The notes below the pieces were generated by a model. The model had not been told where the DNA came from. It saw nothing but the letters and a program-made list of their open reading frames with translations, and searched no databases. Positions 8,656-17,307 of a stretch of DNA of 40,594 nt are shown piece by piece. The translations under genes and the position numbers were made by a program. Location of the stretch: the IMG/VR virus record IMGVR_UViG_3300016464_000391, positions 1 to 40,594 of that record. One strand, given 5' to 3'. This stretch comes from a virus. Its lineage: Duplodnaviria > Caudoviricetes. Numbering within the stretch: the stretch's first letter is position 1; each line of letters opens with the position of its first letter.

Positions 8656-9621
8656 ATGTATAGAAAAATTTTTGCTGCGGCAGCAGCACTAGCGATGTCA
8701 GGAGCTATGGCATTTACCCCACCTAAAGTGGTCAACGTAACCGTGGGCTATGCCCCGGGGTCGGGCAACGAAACCAGCTTCCGCGGCGTTGCTGCCATTG
8801 TGGAACGAGCCAATCCCAACATCAACTTTGTGGTGACCAATCGTCCCGGTGCAGACGAAGTAGTAGCACTGAATCAGTTTATGAAACTGCCCGGTGACGG
8901 CGCTAACTTGTATATCACCAGCCAGCAAGGTGTGTTTACCACCATTGAGCAGTGGTACCCGGACCAAATCAAGTTTAATCCACTGGACATGGAATTGGTC
9001 ACAACCATTGCCAAATCACCCTTGGCAGTGATTGCCAATGTAAACTCGCCCACAAACACTCCCCAAGAGCTGTTGGCCCGACTAAAGAACACCGACCGGC
9101 CCATTACGTTTGGCTTAGGCGCTGGCGCACACAAGCTGGTGTTTGAATACTTAATGGACAAGGGTCAAGGCAATGCTCAGCAAGTGCGAGCCATTATGTA
9201 TCGTGGCCCTGCACAAGCAGCACAAGACGTGGCAGGAAATCAAGTTGAATTTGGCATCATGCCCACTGCTGTTGCTTACGGGCTTTACAAAGCAGGCAAA
9301 ATCAAATACATTGCTCTAGCAAGTGAATTCAAAATGACAGCTTTGCCCGACGTTCCATTGTGGAAAGACTCGGGCATGCCGGGCTTGAATATCTACGGCG
9401 CTTGGATGATTGCACTTCCGCCTGGCACGCCACGAGAAGTAGTTAAGTATTATCAAGACTTGTTTGTGCCTGCTATTCGCAGCGCCGAAGCAAAGTCATT
9501 TTTTGATCAAAATCTAATGTTTGCCGTGCCTGCAGAACAAAGTCCCGAAGGTGCTAGAAAGTTTATCATGAACATTCGCGAACAGTGGATTCCTTATGTA
9601 AAGAAAATGAAATTGGATTAA
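8656..9621 (+). CDS. Bug/TctC-family tripartite tricarboxylate transporter substrate-binding protein
   Basis: Signal peptide; VGYAPGSG, VTNRPGA, YRGPAQAAQDVAGNQV, LPDVP, PPGTP motifs; AAGGAG SD before ATG 8656. Confidence 0.9.
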   Translation: MYRKIFAAAAALAMSGAMAFTPPKVVNVTVGYAPGSGNETSFRGVAAIVERANPNINFVVTNRPGADEVVALNQFMKLPGDGANLYITSQQGVFTTIEQWYPDQIKFNPLDMELVTTIAKSPLAVIANVNSPTNTPQELLARLKNTDRPITFGLGAGAHKLVFEYLMDKGQGNAQQVRAIMYRGPAQAAQDVAGNQVEFGIMPTAVAYGLYKAGKIKYIALASEFKMTALPDVPLWKDSGMPGLNIYGAWMIALPPGTPREVVKYYQDLFVPAIRSAEAKSFFDQNLMFAVPAEQSPEGARKFIMNIREQWIPYVKKMKLD

Positions 9622-10245
9622 ATGAAATATATCTTTGTAGCCGGTGCTCCCGGCTCTAAATGGAGCAGTGTTGTAAAAAACATTTATTATTCGCCCTCAA
9701 TTGATCGCTCAGATTATTGCGACGAGTGGACTTATTATCACGATGCTTCAGGACGCAGAGAATTAATGCACTTGGGTGCTTATTTCGACCCAGGCATGGA
9801 ATCACATTTACCGGAGAATTTCAATGAACTCACCAGAGCAGAACTGGAAGCTATATTTGATGCACCCTTTGACAAAGATTCAAGCGGCGTTCGCATTATT
9901 AAAAGTCACATTTTTAGTAACCATATCGACTTTTTACGACAGTGCTTTCCTGAAATACCTATTGTATTGGTTTATCGTGCTGATGACGCTTGCCTTGGTT
10001 GGTGGGTAAAGTGCGGACATTTTGATATAACATATCCCCTGTATCATTCTTACTACAAAGATTTAAAAGAAATGGCTCGAATAATAAAAGAACAAAATAC
10101 CGGTATTGTGAATGCAACACTGGCGTATCCTGCACAGACGCCATATGACAATCGGGAATTGTGCAAGTTATTAAACATTGACACACCTCCAGATGAATAT
10201 CAGCAGGTGTATGAATTCGCAGACATAAAGGTAGTAGTGATATGA
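9622..10245 (+). CDS. Sulfotransferase-like P-loop protein
   Basis: N-terminal IFVAGAPGSKWS (5'-PSB-like loop), IIKSH, and FPE.PIVLVYR (3'-PB-like). Confidence 0.55.
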   Translation: MKYIFVAGAPGSKWSSVVKNIYYSPSIDRSDYCDEWTYYHDASGRRELMHLGAYFDPGMESHLPENFNELTRAELEAIFDAPFDKDSSGVRIIKSHIFSNHIDFLRQCFPEIPIVLVYRADDACLGWWVKCGHFDITYPLYHSYYKDLKEMARIIKEQNTGIVNATLAYPAQTPYDNRELCKLLNIDTPPDEYQQVYEFADIKVVVI

Positions 10246-10889
10246 AATCAAATTGGGACACAGCACGAGCAAGATCGAGCTATCATTTCAATCCCGGGAA
10301 GAAAGACAACCCCATGGATGTTGTACAGTATCTAGGACATATCACACCCACCTGGACTGAGGATGTTGCTGCCATTGTGCGCAACGCACGACCTGCTACC
10401 TGGGCCACACGCGGCTACAAAGGCGAAGGCATAGAAGCACCGCCCGATGAATTGGCAGCAGAAGAATATGATTTAACTGCACATGGCATGAGCAAAGACC
10501 TGTCAATTACGCATTTGAACTGGCAGTTGCCTGCTAGTTTACAAAATATCGCCAATGCTTTTGGCCTGGACAAATGCATGGCCCGCATACACGTTCAACT
10601 GCCCGGGGAATTGTGGAATCTGCACATTGATAAATTGCAGAAATGGGCACCCGAAGATCCTGACTCGGTCATGCGCATAATGATTCAGCTCACTGACTGG
10701 CAACCGGGGCAGTTTTGGGAATATGGCAATTATCATTACAATCAGTGGCGTGCAGGAGATGTCACAACATTTGACTGGCAGAATATTCCACATGCCACAG
10801 CCAACGCAGGCTATGATGCCAGAGTCACGCTGCAATTAACAGGCCTACGCACAAAACAAACCGATGAGTATCTTGCCACGCTAAATTAA
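10242..10889 (+). CDS. 2OG-Fe(II) oxygenase / cupin (Asp/Asn beta-hydroxylase-like)
   Basis: HxD (LHID) and distal His (WRAGD...PHATAN), followed by R.TLQ. Confidence 0.75.
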   Translation: MKSNWDTARARSSYHFNPGKKDNPMDVVQYLGHITPTWTEDVAAIVRNARPATWATRGYKGEGIEAPPDELAAEEYDLTAHGMSKDLSITHLNWQLPASLQNIANAFGLDKCMARIHVQLPGELWNLHIDKLQKWAPEDPDSVMRIMIQLTDWQPGQFWEYGNYHYNQWRAGDVTTFDWQNIPHATANAGYDARVTLQLTGLRTKQTDEYLATLN

Positions 10890-10893
10890 TAGC

Positions 10894-11514
10894 ATGAAAA
10901 CACTTTTAATATTAACAGGCCCGCAGGGCGCAGGAAATCATTTATGGTCAAAGATATTTGCCCTGCATCCTCGTGTGCTGGGCTGGCGTGCGTTATTGTC
11001 AGATTACTGGATTGGCCACGATGAAGAACCTTGGGCTGAATATTGGCTTGATCCTGCCCGGCTAAAAAACGCACCCTGGGGTGTGAGTGATTGGCATGTT
11101 ACTTCAATTTCTGTGCCGTATATGAATAATGGCACCGCTACAGTGCCTGATTTCAAGGCCTTTGTGCAGGGTGTGCAGAACCTAGGTCACAGAGTTAAAA
11201 TAGCTGTGATCGGGCGGGATCAAAATATATTAAAATATCAGCAAAGTCGTGTGCGTGGTACAGTGACTTATGAACAAGCTCGCGAACAATATTCCAATTT
11301 TGCCATGCCCACTTATTTGAGCTATGAATTGCTGCATCTGTATGGTGCCAATTATTTGCAAAAGATCGAAAAAGAATTGGAATTTCCCATTGCATGGGCC
11401 GATCCTGCACTGGAACAAATACTAAAAGAGGACACCAACTCAAAGTATTTTCAACCAGTAGACACACAGCCACTGGATGCTGTTATACATCACGCTTCAA
11501 GGAAAAAGAAATGA
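10894..11514 (+). CDS. Second sulfotransferase-like P-loop protein
   Basis: ILTGPQGAGNHL, VIGRD, LSYE motifs. Confidence 0.55.
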   Translation: MKTLLILTGPQGAGNHLWSKIFALHPRVLGWRALLSDYWIGHDEEPWAEYWLDPARLKNAPWGVSDWHVTSISVPYMNNGTATVPDFKAFVQGVQNLGHRVKIAVIGRDQNILKYQQSRVRGTVTYEQAREQYSNFAMPTYLSYELLHLYGANYLQKIEKELEFPIAWADPALEQILKEDTNSKYFQPVDTQPLDAVIHHASRKKK

Positions 11515-12308
11515 AACAAGCAAAACGCATTTTAATCATGGGCCTGCCCGGCGCAGGAAAAACCTATTTGGCTCAACGTCTCAGAGACAGATTGCAAGCT
11601 CACGGTCAAACAGTGGGATGGTTAAACGCCGACGAAGTGCGCCGTCATTATAATGACTGGGACTTCAGTGAAGCTGGACGTATTCGTCAAAGCCTGCGTA
11701 TGCGTGACCTAGCAGATGAATCAAACACTGATTACTGTATTGTGGACTTTGTTGCGCCCTTGGTAGAAATGCGCAACAATTTCAAAGCAGACTGGACCAT
11801 TTGGATGGACACCATTGCCGAAGGTCGTTACGCAGACACAAACAAAATGTTTGTGGAACCTGAAGTGTATGATTTCCGTATTACGGAACAGGACGGGGAT
11901 AAATGGGCAGACTTTGTTGCAGAACACATTGTAGACGATCGTCGTCGTCCGGTGTTTGACTGGAAAAAAGAAACTGTGCAAATGCTGGGTCGCTGGCAAC
12001 CCTGGCACGAAGGGCATCGCTGGTTGTTTGAGCGATTACTTGCTCGCACAGGGCAGGTCATTATTCAAGTGCGTGATGTGCAGGGCTGGCAAGGATCAAA
12101 TCCTTTTGCTATAGAGCAAGTAAAAAGATTTATTCGCAGAGATCTAGATCCTCTTTATCAAGGACAATATGAAATTCAAGTTGTGCCCAACATTGTGCAT
12201 ATCGGATGGGGGCGTGGCGTGGGCTACACAGCAGGCGAAGAAACGCCCGATGCTGAAACAGCAGAAATTTCAGCTACAAAAATAAGAAAAGAAATGGGTC
12301 TTGAGTGA
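11511..12308 (+). CDS. Adenylylsulfate (APS) kinase-like domain fused to an HxGH nucleotidyltransferase domain
   Basis: GLPGAGKT, LNADEVR, DFSEAGR (CysC-like); C-terminal GRWQPWHEGH ... ISATKIR; ATG at 11511 (ATGA overlap). Confidence 0.8.
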   Translation: MKQAKRILIMGLPGAGKTYLAQRLRDRLQAHGQTVGWLNADEVRRHYNDWDFSEAGRIRQSLRMRDLADESNTDYCIVDFVAPLVEMRNNFKADWTIWMDTIAEGRYADTNKMFVEPEVYDFRITEQDGDKWADFVAEHIVDDRRRPVFDWKKETVQMLGRWQPWHEGHRWLFERLLARTGQVIIQVRDVQGWQGSNPFAIEQVKRFIRRDLDPLYQGQYEIQVVPNIVHIGWGRGVGYTAGEETPDAETAEISATKIRKEMGLE

Positions 12309-12508
12309 CAGAAACAACTGCTCGCAGCGTGGTCAAAACCATTAGTTGGCGTGTCACAGGTTCGGGAGCCACGTTTGCGATCAGTTATGCAGTGTTGGGC
12401 GATATCACAGTGAGCGGCACCATTGCTGTGATACAATTAACATTTAATACTATTCTTTATTTTGTTCACGAGCGTGTGTGGAATTGGATTAGCTGGGGAC
12501 GGCGCTAA
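12305..12508 (+). CDS. DUF2061-like small membrane protein
   Basis: RSVVKTISWR ... YFVHERVW pattern; two hydrophobic segments. Confidence 0.8.
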   Translation: MTETTARSVVKTISWRVTGSGATFAISYAVLGDITVSGTIAVIQLTFNTILYFVHERVWNWISWGRR

Positions 12509-12527
12509 ATACCTATTACAGGAGCGC
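12502..12527 (+). promoter_or_regulatory. Late promoter TAAATA (12506-12511) inside a hairpin covering the endolysin SD
   Basis: GCGCT(12502-06) pairs with AGCGC(12523-27); CCT(12512-14) pairs with AGG(12520-22); SD AGGAG at 12520-24. Confidence 0.5.
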
Positions 12528-12529
12528 AC

Positions 12530-13144
12530 ATGCAAATCACAAAAGAACAATTACAAAGCTGCATTGGTAAAAATCCCTATTTGGATTATTGGGTTCATGC
12601 CCTAAATGAAATTCTTCCAGAATATGAAATTGACACACCACAACGTGTGGCAGCATTCATTGCACAAACAGCACACGAATCCGGCAACTATGTTTTCTTA
12701 AAAGAAAACTTAAACTACAAAGCAGCTAGTTTAAGAAAAGTATTCGGCAAGTATTTCCCCACAGACGAATTAGCGGCACAATATGCCAACAAAGGCGAAA
12801 TGATTGCCAACAGAGTGTATGCTAACCGTATGGGCAACGGTGACGAAGCATCTGGCGACGGGTATCGCTACTGCGGTCGCGGCTTAATTCAATTAACAGG
12901 CAAATCAAATTATCAAGCATTTGCTGATAGTATCGAAACTCCTGTAGAAGAAGTAAGTGAATACCTAGGAACATTTGAAGGTGCTGTGCAATCAGCTTGC
13001 TGGTTCTGGGAATCAAATAACTTAAACCAATGGGCAGACAAAGGCGACATCCTTACATTAACTAAACGCATTAACGGCGGCACAATTGGCCTAGAAGATC
13101 GTATCAAGCACTACAATCACGCCCTGCACGTATTTGGAGCATAA
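12530..13144 (+). CDS. Endolysin, glycoside hydrolase family 19
   Basis: AAFIAQTAHES, ENLNY, GRGLIQLTG..NY, TKRINGG motifs. Confidence 0.93.
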   Translation: MQITKEQLQSCIGKNPYLDYWVHALNEILPEYEIDTPQRVAAFIAQTAHESGNYVFLKENLNYKAASLRKVFGKYFPTDELAAQYANKGEMIANRVYANRMGNGDEASGDGYRYCGRGLIQLTGKSNYQAFADSIETPVEEVSEYLGTFEGAVQSACWFWESNNLNQWADKGDILTLTKRINGGTIGLEDRIKHYNHALHVFGA

Positions 13145-13148
13145 TTGA

Positions 13149-13610
13149 ATGTGGCTACTGCATTTCTTTTCTGACGGTTTCATTGCTTTCATAGTTCATG
13201 CTGTGCTGGTCACAGGCATTGTGGGCTGTGTGTTGACCTTTGCAGTGTTGAACCGTGTGCTGCGTTTGTGGCCCATGCTGGCGCCGTACTATCGTGCTGC
13301 ACAGGCCATCAGCGTTGTGTTCTTGGTCAGCGGCATTTATCTAGAAGGCGGCTACTCAACAGAGCTGGCCTGGCGCGAACGTGTGCGTGAAATGCAAGCA
13401 CGAGTGGCCCAGGCTGAACAACAGTCAAAAGAAGCCAATGCAGCCCTGGACCAAAAAGGTCAAGAAAAGACAAAAATAATTCGCGAAAAAGGTCAGATAA
13501 TTAAACAGTATGTGGACCGTGAAGTCACACGCTATGATAACTCCTGTGTTATTCCCGAACCTGTGGTACGAGCCCACAACGCCGCTGCAAAGAATGAGGC
13601 CGTGAAATGA
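13149..13610 (+). CDS. Inner-membrane spanin (Rz-like)
   Basis: N-terminal TM segments, coiled-coil periplasmic region, C-terminal Cys (SCVIP); directly after the endolysin. Confidence 0.7.
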   Translation: MWLLHFFSDGFIAFIVHAVLVTGIVGCVLTFAVLNRVLRLWPMLAPYYRAAQAISVVFLVSGIYLEGGYSTELAWRERVREMQARVAQAEQQSKEANAALDQKGQEKTKIIREKGQIIKQYVDREVTRYDNSCVIPEPVVRAHNAAAKNEAVK

Positions 13611-13954
13611 GATACAGAGAAATACTAGAAGCCTGCTGGGACGGTTATCGTCGTGTGCCCGGCACAAAGGTCAACACTCCTGGTAGCTGTGAAAAAATCA
13701 GCGAAGCAGAGCTGGAAGAAGATCTGCGCAAGTGGTTCCGAGAAAAGTGGGTACGGTTTGGTCCTGACGGAAAGATTCGCGGCGCCTGCGCCAGAGGTTC
13801 AGACAAAGAAGGCAAGCCCAAGTGTTTGCCACAAAGCAAAGCACATAGTCTAGGTAAAAAAGGTCGTAAATACGCTGCGGCCAAAAAGCGCAGAGAAGAC
13901 CCCAATCCAGAAAGAAAAGGAGCGGCCATCAACGTGGCCACTAAAAAGAAATGA
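13607..13954 (+). CDS. Small basic modular protein with CTS-like start
   Basis: MRYREILE / ACWDGY...ISE / ELEE / DLRKWF...; very Lys/Arg rich. Confidence 0.7.
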   Translation: MRYREILEACWDGYRRVPGTKVNTPGSCEKISEAELEEDLRKWFREKWVRFGPDGKIRGACARGSDKEGKPKCLPQSKAHSLGKKGRKYAAAKKRREDPNPERKGAAINVATKKK

Positions 13955-14442
13955 GATATCAAGAATTCGACAAACCAGCAAAGTGCTCTGAGTGCGGTGG
14001 TCCTTCATTTAGTAATTTAGTGTTGGCAGAAAAACAAGACGCTTGCTATCACAAAGTAAAAAGTCGCTACAAGGTATGGCCGTCGGCCTATGCGTCTGGC
14101 GCACTGGTGCAGTGTCGTAAAAAAGGTGCTGCCAACTGGGGCAACAAGTCAAAGAACGAAAGCGTGGCGGAGGGCCTGGATCGATTATATCCATTTGAAC
14201 GCACGGTGATAGATTATATGCAGGACAACAGTTGGCTCAGTGCTGAACGTGCCTACTTCCGTTACCTGGCTTTACAAAAGAAAAAACAAACAAACCCCCA
14301 TCGTTGGGCAGAAGAAATTCAGCATTTCATTGATTTGTATAACAAGTACAAAGGGCCACAAGGTGTGGCGGAAAGCAGAGACATGTGCAATGTGTGCGGC
14401 CAAACTCCTTGCAACTGCACACACATTTCAAAGGATCGTTAA
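13951..14442 (+). CDS. Modular protein with CTS-like start and an internal VAE-flanked cassette
   Basis: MRYQEF..., LAE / KQDACYHKVK..., SVAE / 63-aa insert / GVAE, C-terminal CxxC-x4-CxC. Confidence 0.7.
   Translation: MRYQEFDKPAKCSECGGPSFSNLVLAEKQDACYHKVKSRYKVWPSAYASGALVQCRKKGAANWGNKSKNESVAEGLDRLYPFERTVIDYMQDNSWLSAERAYFRYLALQKKKQTNPHRWAEEIQHFIDLYNKYKGPQGVAESRDMCNVCGQTPCNCTHISKDR
14161..14376 (+). repeat. Direct repeat GTGGCGGA (14164 and 14365), period 201 nt; motif recurs near 27035, 34862 and 35573
   Basis: AGCGTGGCGGAGGGC, GGTGTGGCGGAAAGC, AGTGTGGCGGAAGAT, GGTGTAGCGGAAGGC, AGTGTGGCAGAAGAA; all read [S/G]VAE in frame. Confidence 0.75.
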
Positions 14443-14754
14443 ATGACCCAAGACAACCGTGAACAAGGACATCGCAGCACTGTGATCACTATAGGCATTA
14501 TTTTAATGTTTGTGTTGGCCATGTGTGCTGGTTGTTCTACAGTTGTTCCTGTCACTGCAAAATTTCCTGAGCCACCACGCCTGGCGCAGGGCACTTGCCC
14601 ACAACTACAAACAGTGCCCGACGGTGTGAAACTCAGTGAATTGACCAACACTGTGACAGCAAACTACGGCACCTACTACGAGTGCGCCGTTCGAGTAGAT
14701 CAATGGCAGGAATGGTATGGGATACAGAAAAAGATATTTGAAAGTGTGAAATGA
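14443..14754 (+). CDS. Outer-membrane spanin lipoprotein (Rz1-like)
   Basis: Hydrophobic signal, lipobox CAGC, Pro-rich FPEPP..CP segment, C-terminal NY..YYEC. Confidence 0.75.
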   Translation: MTQDNREQGHRSTVITIGIILMFVLAMCAGCSTVVPVTAKFPEPPRLAQGTCPQLQTVPDGVKLSELTNTVTANYGTYYECAVRVDQWQEWYGIQKKIFESVK

Positions 14755-15623
14755 GAGCCGGTGAATTCATCTCAGAAAGTCTCAGCCGTGTGGCCTATCA
14801 TTACACTGGATTAGCTGCGGCAAATAAGATTTTGCAAAGTGGTGAATTTCAGCTGAGTTCTGCGCCAGGCTCAATAGAACAACAGTATGCTCCTCCTGGC
14901 AAGCCTTACTTTTTAAGCACCACAAGAACTTTAACCGGTGGTTATCACCAAGGTTCGAAATGGCGTGGTGTGATATTCAACTTGGATGGCAACTGGTTCA
15001 ATCAACGTTACAAGAGTGGACCCATAGACTACTGGGGCAATCGAGGTTCAGGCATGCGAGATTCAGAAGCAGAAGATCGTGTATACAGTGCAGAGCCCAC
15101 TATTCCCACGGGTGGGGTAACTGCTGTGCATGTGTTTGTGGCTGGTGACCAACCTGATGATGAAAACCTACAGGCCAATCGTGCTGTGGCACGTCAAGTG
15201 CTGATTGCTGCCAAGACTCGGAGTATCCCTGCTTATTATTATGACAATCACGATGCCTGGCTGCGTCAAGACACACGGCGCACAGCATCGGTCGCACAGT
15301 TAACCGGAAAGAAATCCAACAGTTATTATCGTGGCATGCGACGTAGAACTTACATGCACAACTGGTTGGAGTTAATGGGCGCAACAGCACAGAATCAATT
15401 GTCAAAAGATGCAGATAAAACTCGCTACAATTTAAACTATGACTATGATCGAGACGCAGCAGCCAAGAGCCTAGAAGTAGACATGGCCAATGCTAGAAAG
15501 CCCGACTCGGGACCCGAACGCGATGCAGCAGTAAAAATCATACGCTACATGAATCAGCATAAATTAAACACAATAAGACAATTTGTAGATCATATTGCTG
15601 CTAAATGGAAAAACATTCAATAA
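14751..15623 (+). CDS. Putative ADP-ribosyltransferase-fold protein with CTS-like start
   Basis: MRAGEFISE, then AYHYT (strand 1), FLSTT (S-T-T strand) and EAEDR (ExE) in ART order. Confidence 0.5.
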   Translation: MRAGEFISESLSRVAYHYTGLAAANKILQSGEFQLSSAPGSIEQQYAPPGKPYFLSTTRTLTGGYHQGSKWRGVIFNLDGNWFNQRYKSGPIDYWGNRGSGMRDSEAEDRVYSAEPTIPTGGVTAVHVFVAGDQPDDENLQANRAVARQVLIAAKTRSIPAYYYDNHDAWLRQDTRRTASVAQLTGKKSNSYYRGMRRRTYMHNWLELMGATAQNQLSKDADKTRYNLNYDYDRDAAAKSLEVDMANARKPDSGPERDAAVKIIRYMNQHKLNTIRQFVDHIAAKWKNIQ

Positions 15624-16606
15624 TCAACAGTCACAATTCATGGAGTCAACTTGAAGAAGTTTGGCTTGGTGATGTATACCCTGAATCATGGTACGATCAT
15701 TTGGAACCCGAAATACGTGATGTATTTCAAAAAATAACACAAATCACAAAACAAGATCTTGTAATCATACAGCAAACTCTCGAAAGCCTGGGCGTTGTCG
15801 TGCGCAGACCCCAATACGGCAACATAGATAATTTTGTTGACAGTCATGGGATATTAAAGAAGCCAGAGATTTGCCCACGTGATACCTTTTTGGTTGTTGG
15901 AGATAAACTACTCACGCCGTATGGATTAAACTATGCCTGGGCGCATGTTATATCAGAATACCTGGGTACAGGTAGTAATATAATACAATCTACCAATCAT
16001 GTGATCAATGGAGCAAACGTTGTGCGGGTGGGCAAGGATATTATTATCGATACTGATATATTCGATATTTCAGAAATTGATTTAGACATGACACCTTTCA
16101 ACGATTATCGAGTCAGCTGGGTGAAGAATGGCGGGCACATGGACGGATGTTTTGCGATACTCAAGCCCGGACTATTGATTGCCAATCGTTATTTTGATGG
16201 CTACGATCAAACATTTCCGGGATGGGAAAGAATATTTCTAAACGAGTCCACTTACACACAACATATTAAATTTCCTCCCCCGGGCGGCGAATACAATGGC
16301 AAGTTCTACGCTGAAGATGTGACATTTAATCGTGCATTTAATGATCATGTTATCAAGCATGCACAGGACTGGGTAGGCAACTACACAGAAACTTACTTTG
16401 AATTAAACTGCTTGGTAATAAATGAATCAACTGTGATGATGCTAGGGTACAATGCTGCCCTGGAAAAAACATTAAATTCACACGGTATTAATGTGCATTG
16501 GGTACCTTTTCGTTGCCGTGCATTCTGGGACGGGGGTATGCATTGCATCACAACAGACATTCGAAGACAGAGCACCATAGTAGATTATTTTCCTGAACGT
16601 GGTTAA
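15605..16606 (+). CDS. Amidinotransferase (pentein superfamily; glycine/inosamine amidinotransferase-like)
   Basis: NSW..LEEV..G, CPRD, GHMDG, C-terminal GGMHCITTDIRR catalytic Cys motif. Confidence 0.88.
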   Translation: MEKHSIINSHNSWSQLEEVWLGDVYPESWYDHLEPEIRDVFQKITQITKQDLVIIQQTLESLGVVVRRPQYGNIDNFVDSHGILKKPEICPRDTFLVVGDKLLTPYGLNYAWAHVISEYLGTGSNIIQSTNHVINGANVVRVGKDIIIDTDIFDISEIDLDMTPFNDYRVSWVKNGGHMDGCFAILKPGLLIANRYFDGYDQTFPGWERIFLNESTYTQHIKFPPPGGEYNGKFYAEDVTFNRAFNDHVIKHAQDWVGNYTETYFELNCLVINESTVMMLGYNAALEKTLNSHGINVHWVPFRCRAFWDGGMHCITTDIRRQSTIVDYFPERG

Positions 16607-16613
16607 ATAACAT

Positions 16614-16730
16614 ATGGAACACACTGATTCTCGCGATCAACATCGCATACAAATATGGACACAACACGAAATGATTAGTGCTGTATTTGCAGGCATTGTG
16701 ATAGGCCTGGCCATAGGATTATGTTTTTAA
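16614..16730 (+). CDS. 38-aa single-TM peptide
   Basis: MEHTDS...ISAVFAGIVIGLAIGLCF; TAAATA 4 nt upstream; below the track cutoff. Confidence 0.45.
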   Translation: MEHTDSRDQHRIQIWTQHEMISAVFAGIVIGLAIGLCF

Positions 16731-16741
16731 GGAAAATAATA

Positions 16742-17284
16742 ATGACAGAAGCTCAACAACCAAAACCCCTTTCACGTTCAGAACGTGAAGCACAGATCAA
16801 AGACAAAGCAGGCCTAGTAATTGTGGTCATGGCCTTGTTCATGGCAGTGACCACTTACTTTGCAAACTCGCACTCGGGCGCTGTGATGAAAAACATGCTC
16901 AAAGCCACTGATACCTATGCTTTTTATCAATCAAAATCAATCAAGCAAAGCATTGCCGAAGGACAGTTGGAGGAAGCTAAAAAAGCCGGCGACCGAACAA
17001 GAATTGAAAAGCTACAGGCCAAGATTGACCGCTATGAATCAGAACCTGCCACAGGCGAAGGCAAACGCGAATTGTTGATCAAGGCTCGTGGATATGAACA
17101 AGCACGAGATGATGCTGCTCGCCACTCACCGTGGTTGACATTTGCGTCAATGGCGTTCCAGTTGGCCATTGTGTTATTATCAGCTAGTATTATTGCTGTA
17201 AACAACAAGATGTATCAAGTCAGTCTTGGTGTATCTGTAATTGGTGTTGTGTTGCTGAGTCAAGGCATTTGGCTTTGGTTCTAA
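16742..17284 (+). CDS. DUF4337-like membrane protein
   Basis: TM segment, D..AFYQSKSIKQ, coiled coil, QLAIVLLSAS and two C-terminal TMs; AAGGA SD before ATG 16742. Confidence 0.7.
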   Translation: MTEAQQPKPLSRSEREAQIKDKAGLVIVVMALFMAVTTYFANSHSGAVMKNMLKATDTYAFYQSKSIKQSIAEGQLEEAKKAGDRTRIEKLQAKIDRYESEPATGEGKRELLIKARGYEQARDDAARHSPWLTFASMAFQLAIVLLSASIIAVNNKMYQVSLGVSVIGVVLLSQGIWLWF

Positions 17285-17285
17285 C

Positions 17286-17307
17286 TTAACCACACGGTTA
17301 ATTTTTT
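17286..17307 (+). terminator. Possible intrinsic terminator
   Basis: TTAACC-ACAC-GGTTAA followed by a T run immediately after stop 17284; weak AT-rich stem. Confidence 0.4.

Noticed and set aside
8521-8735. Long overlapping N-terminal extensions of the TctC and methyltransferase ORFs given in the track
   Set aside because: The strong SD and signal peptide place the TctC start at 8656. A methyltransferase start at 8582 leaves a normal AT-rich divergent spacer.
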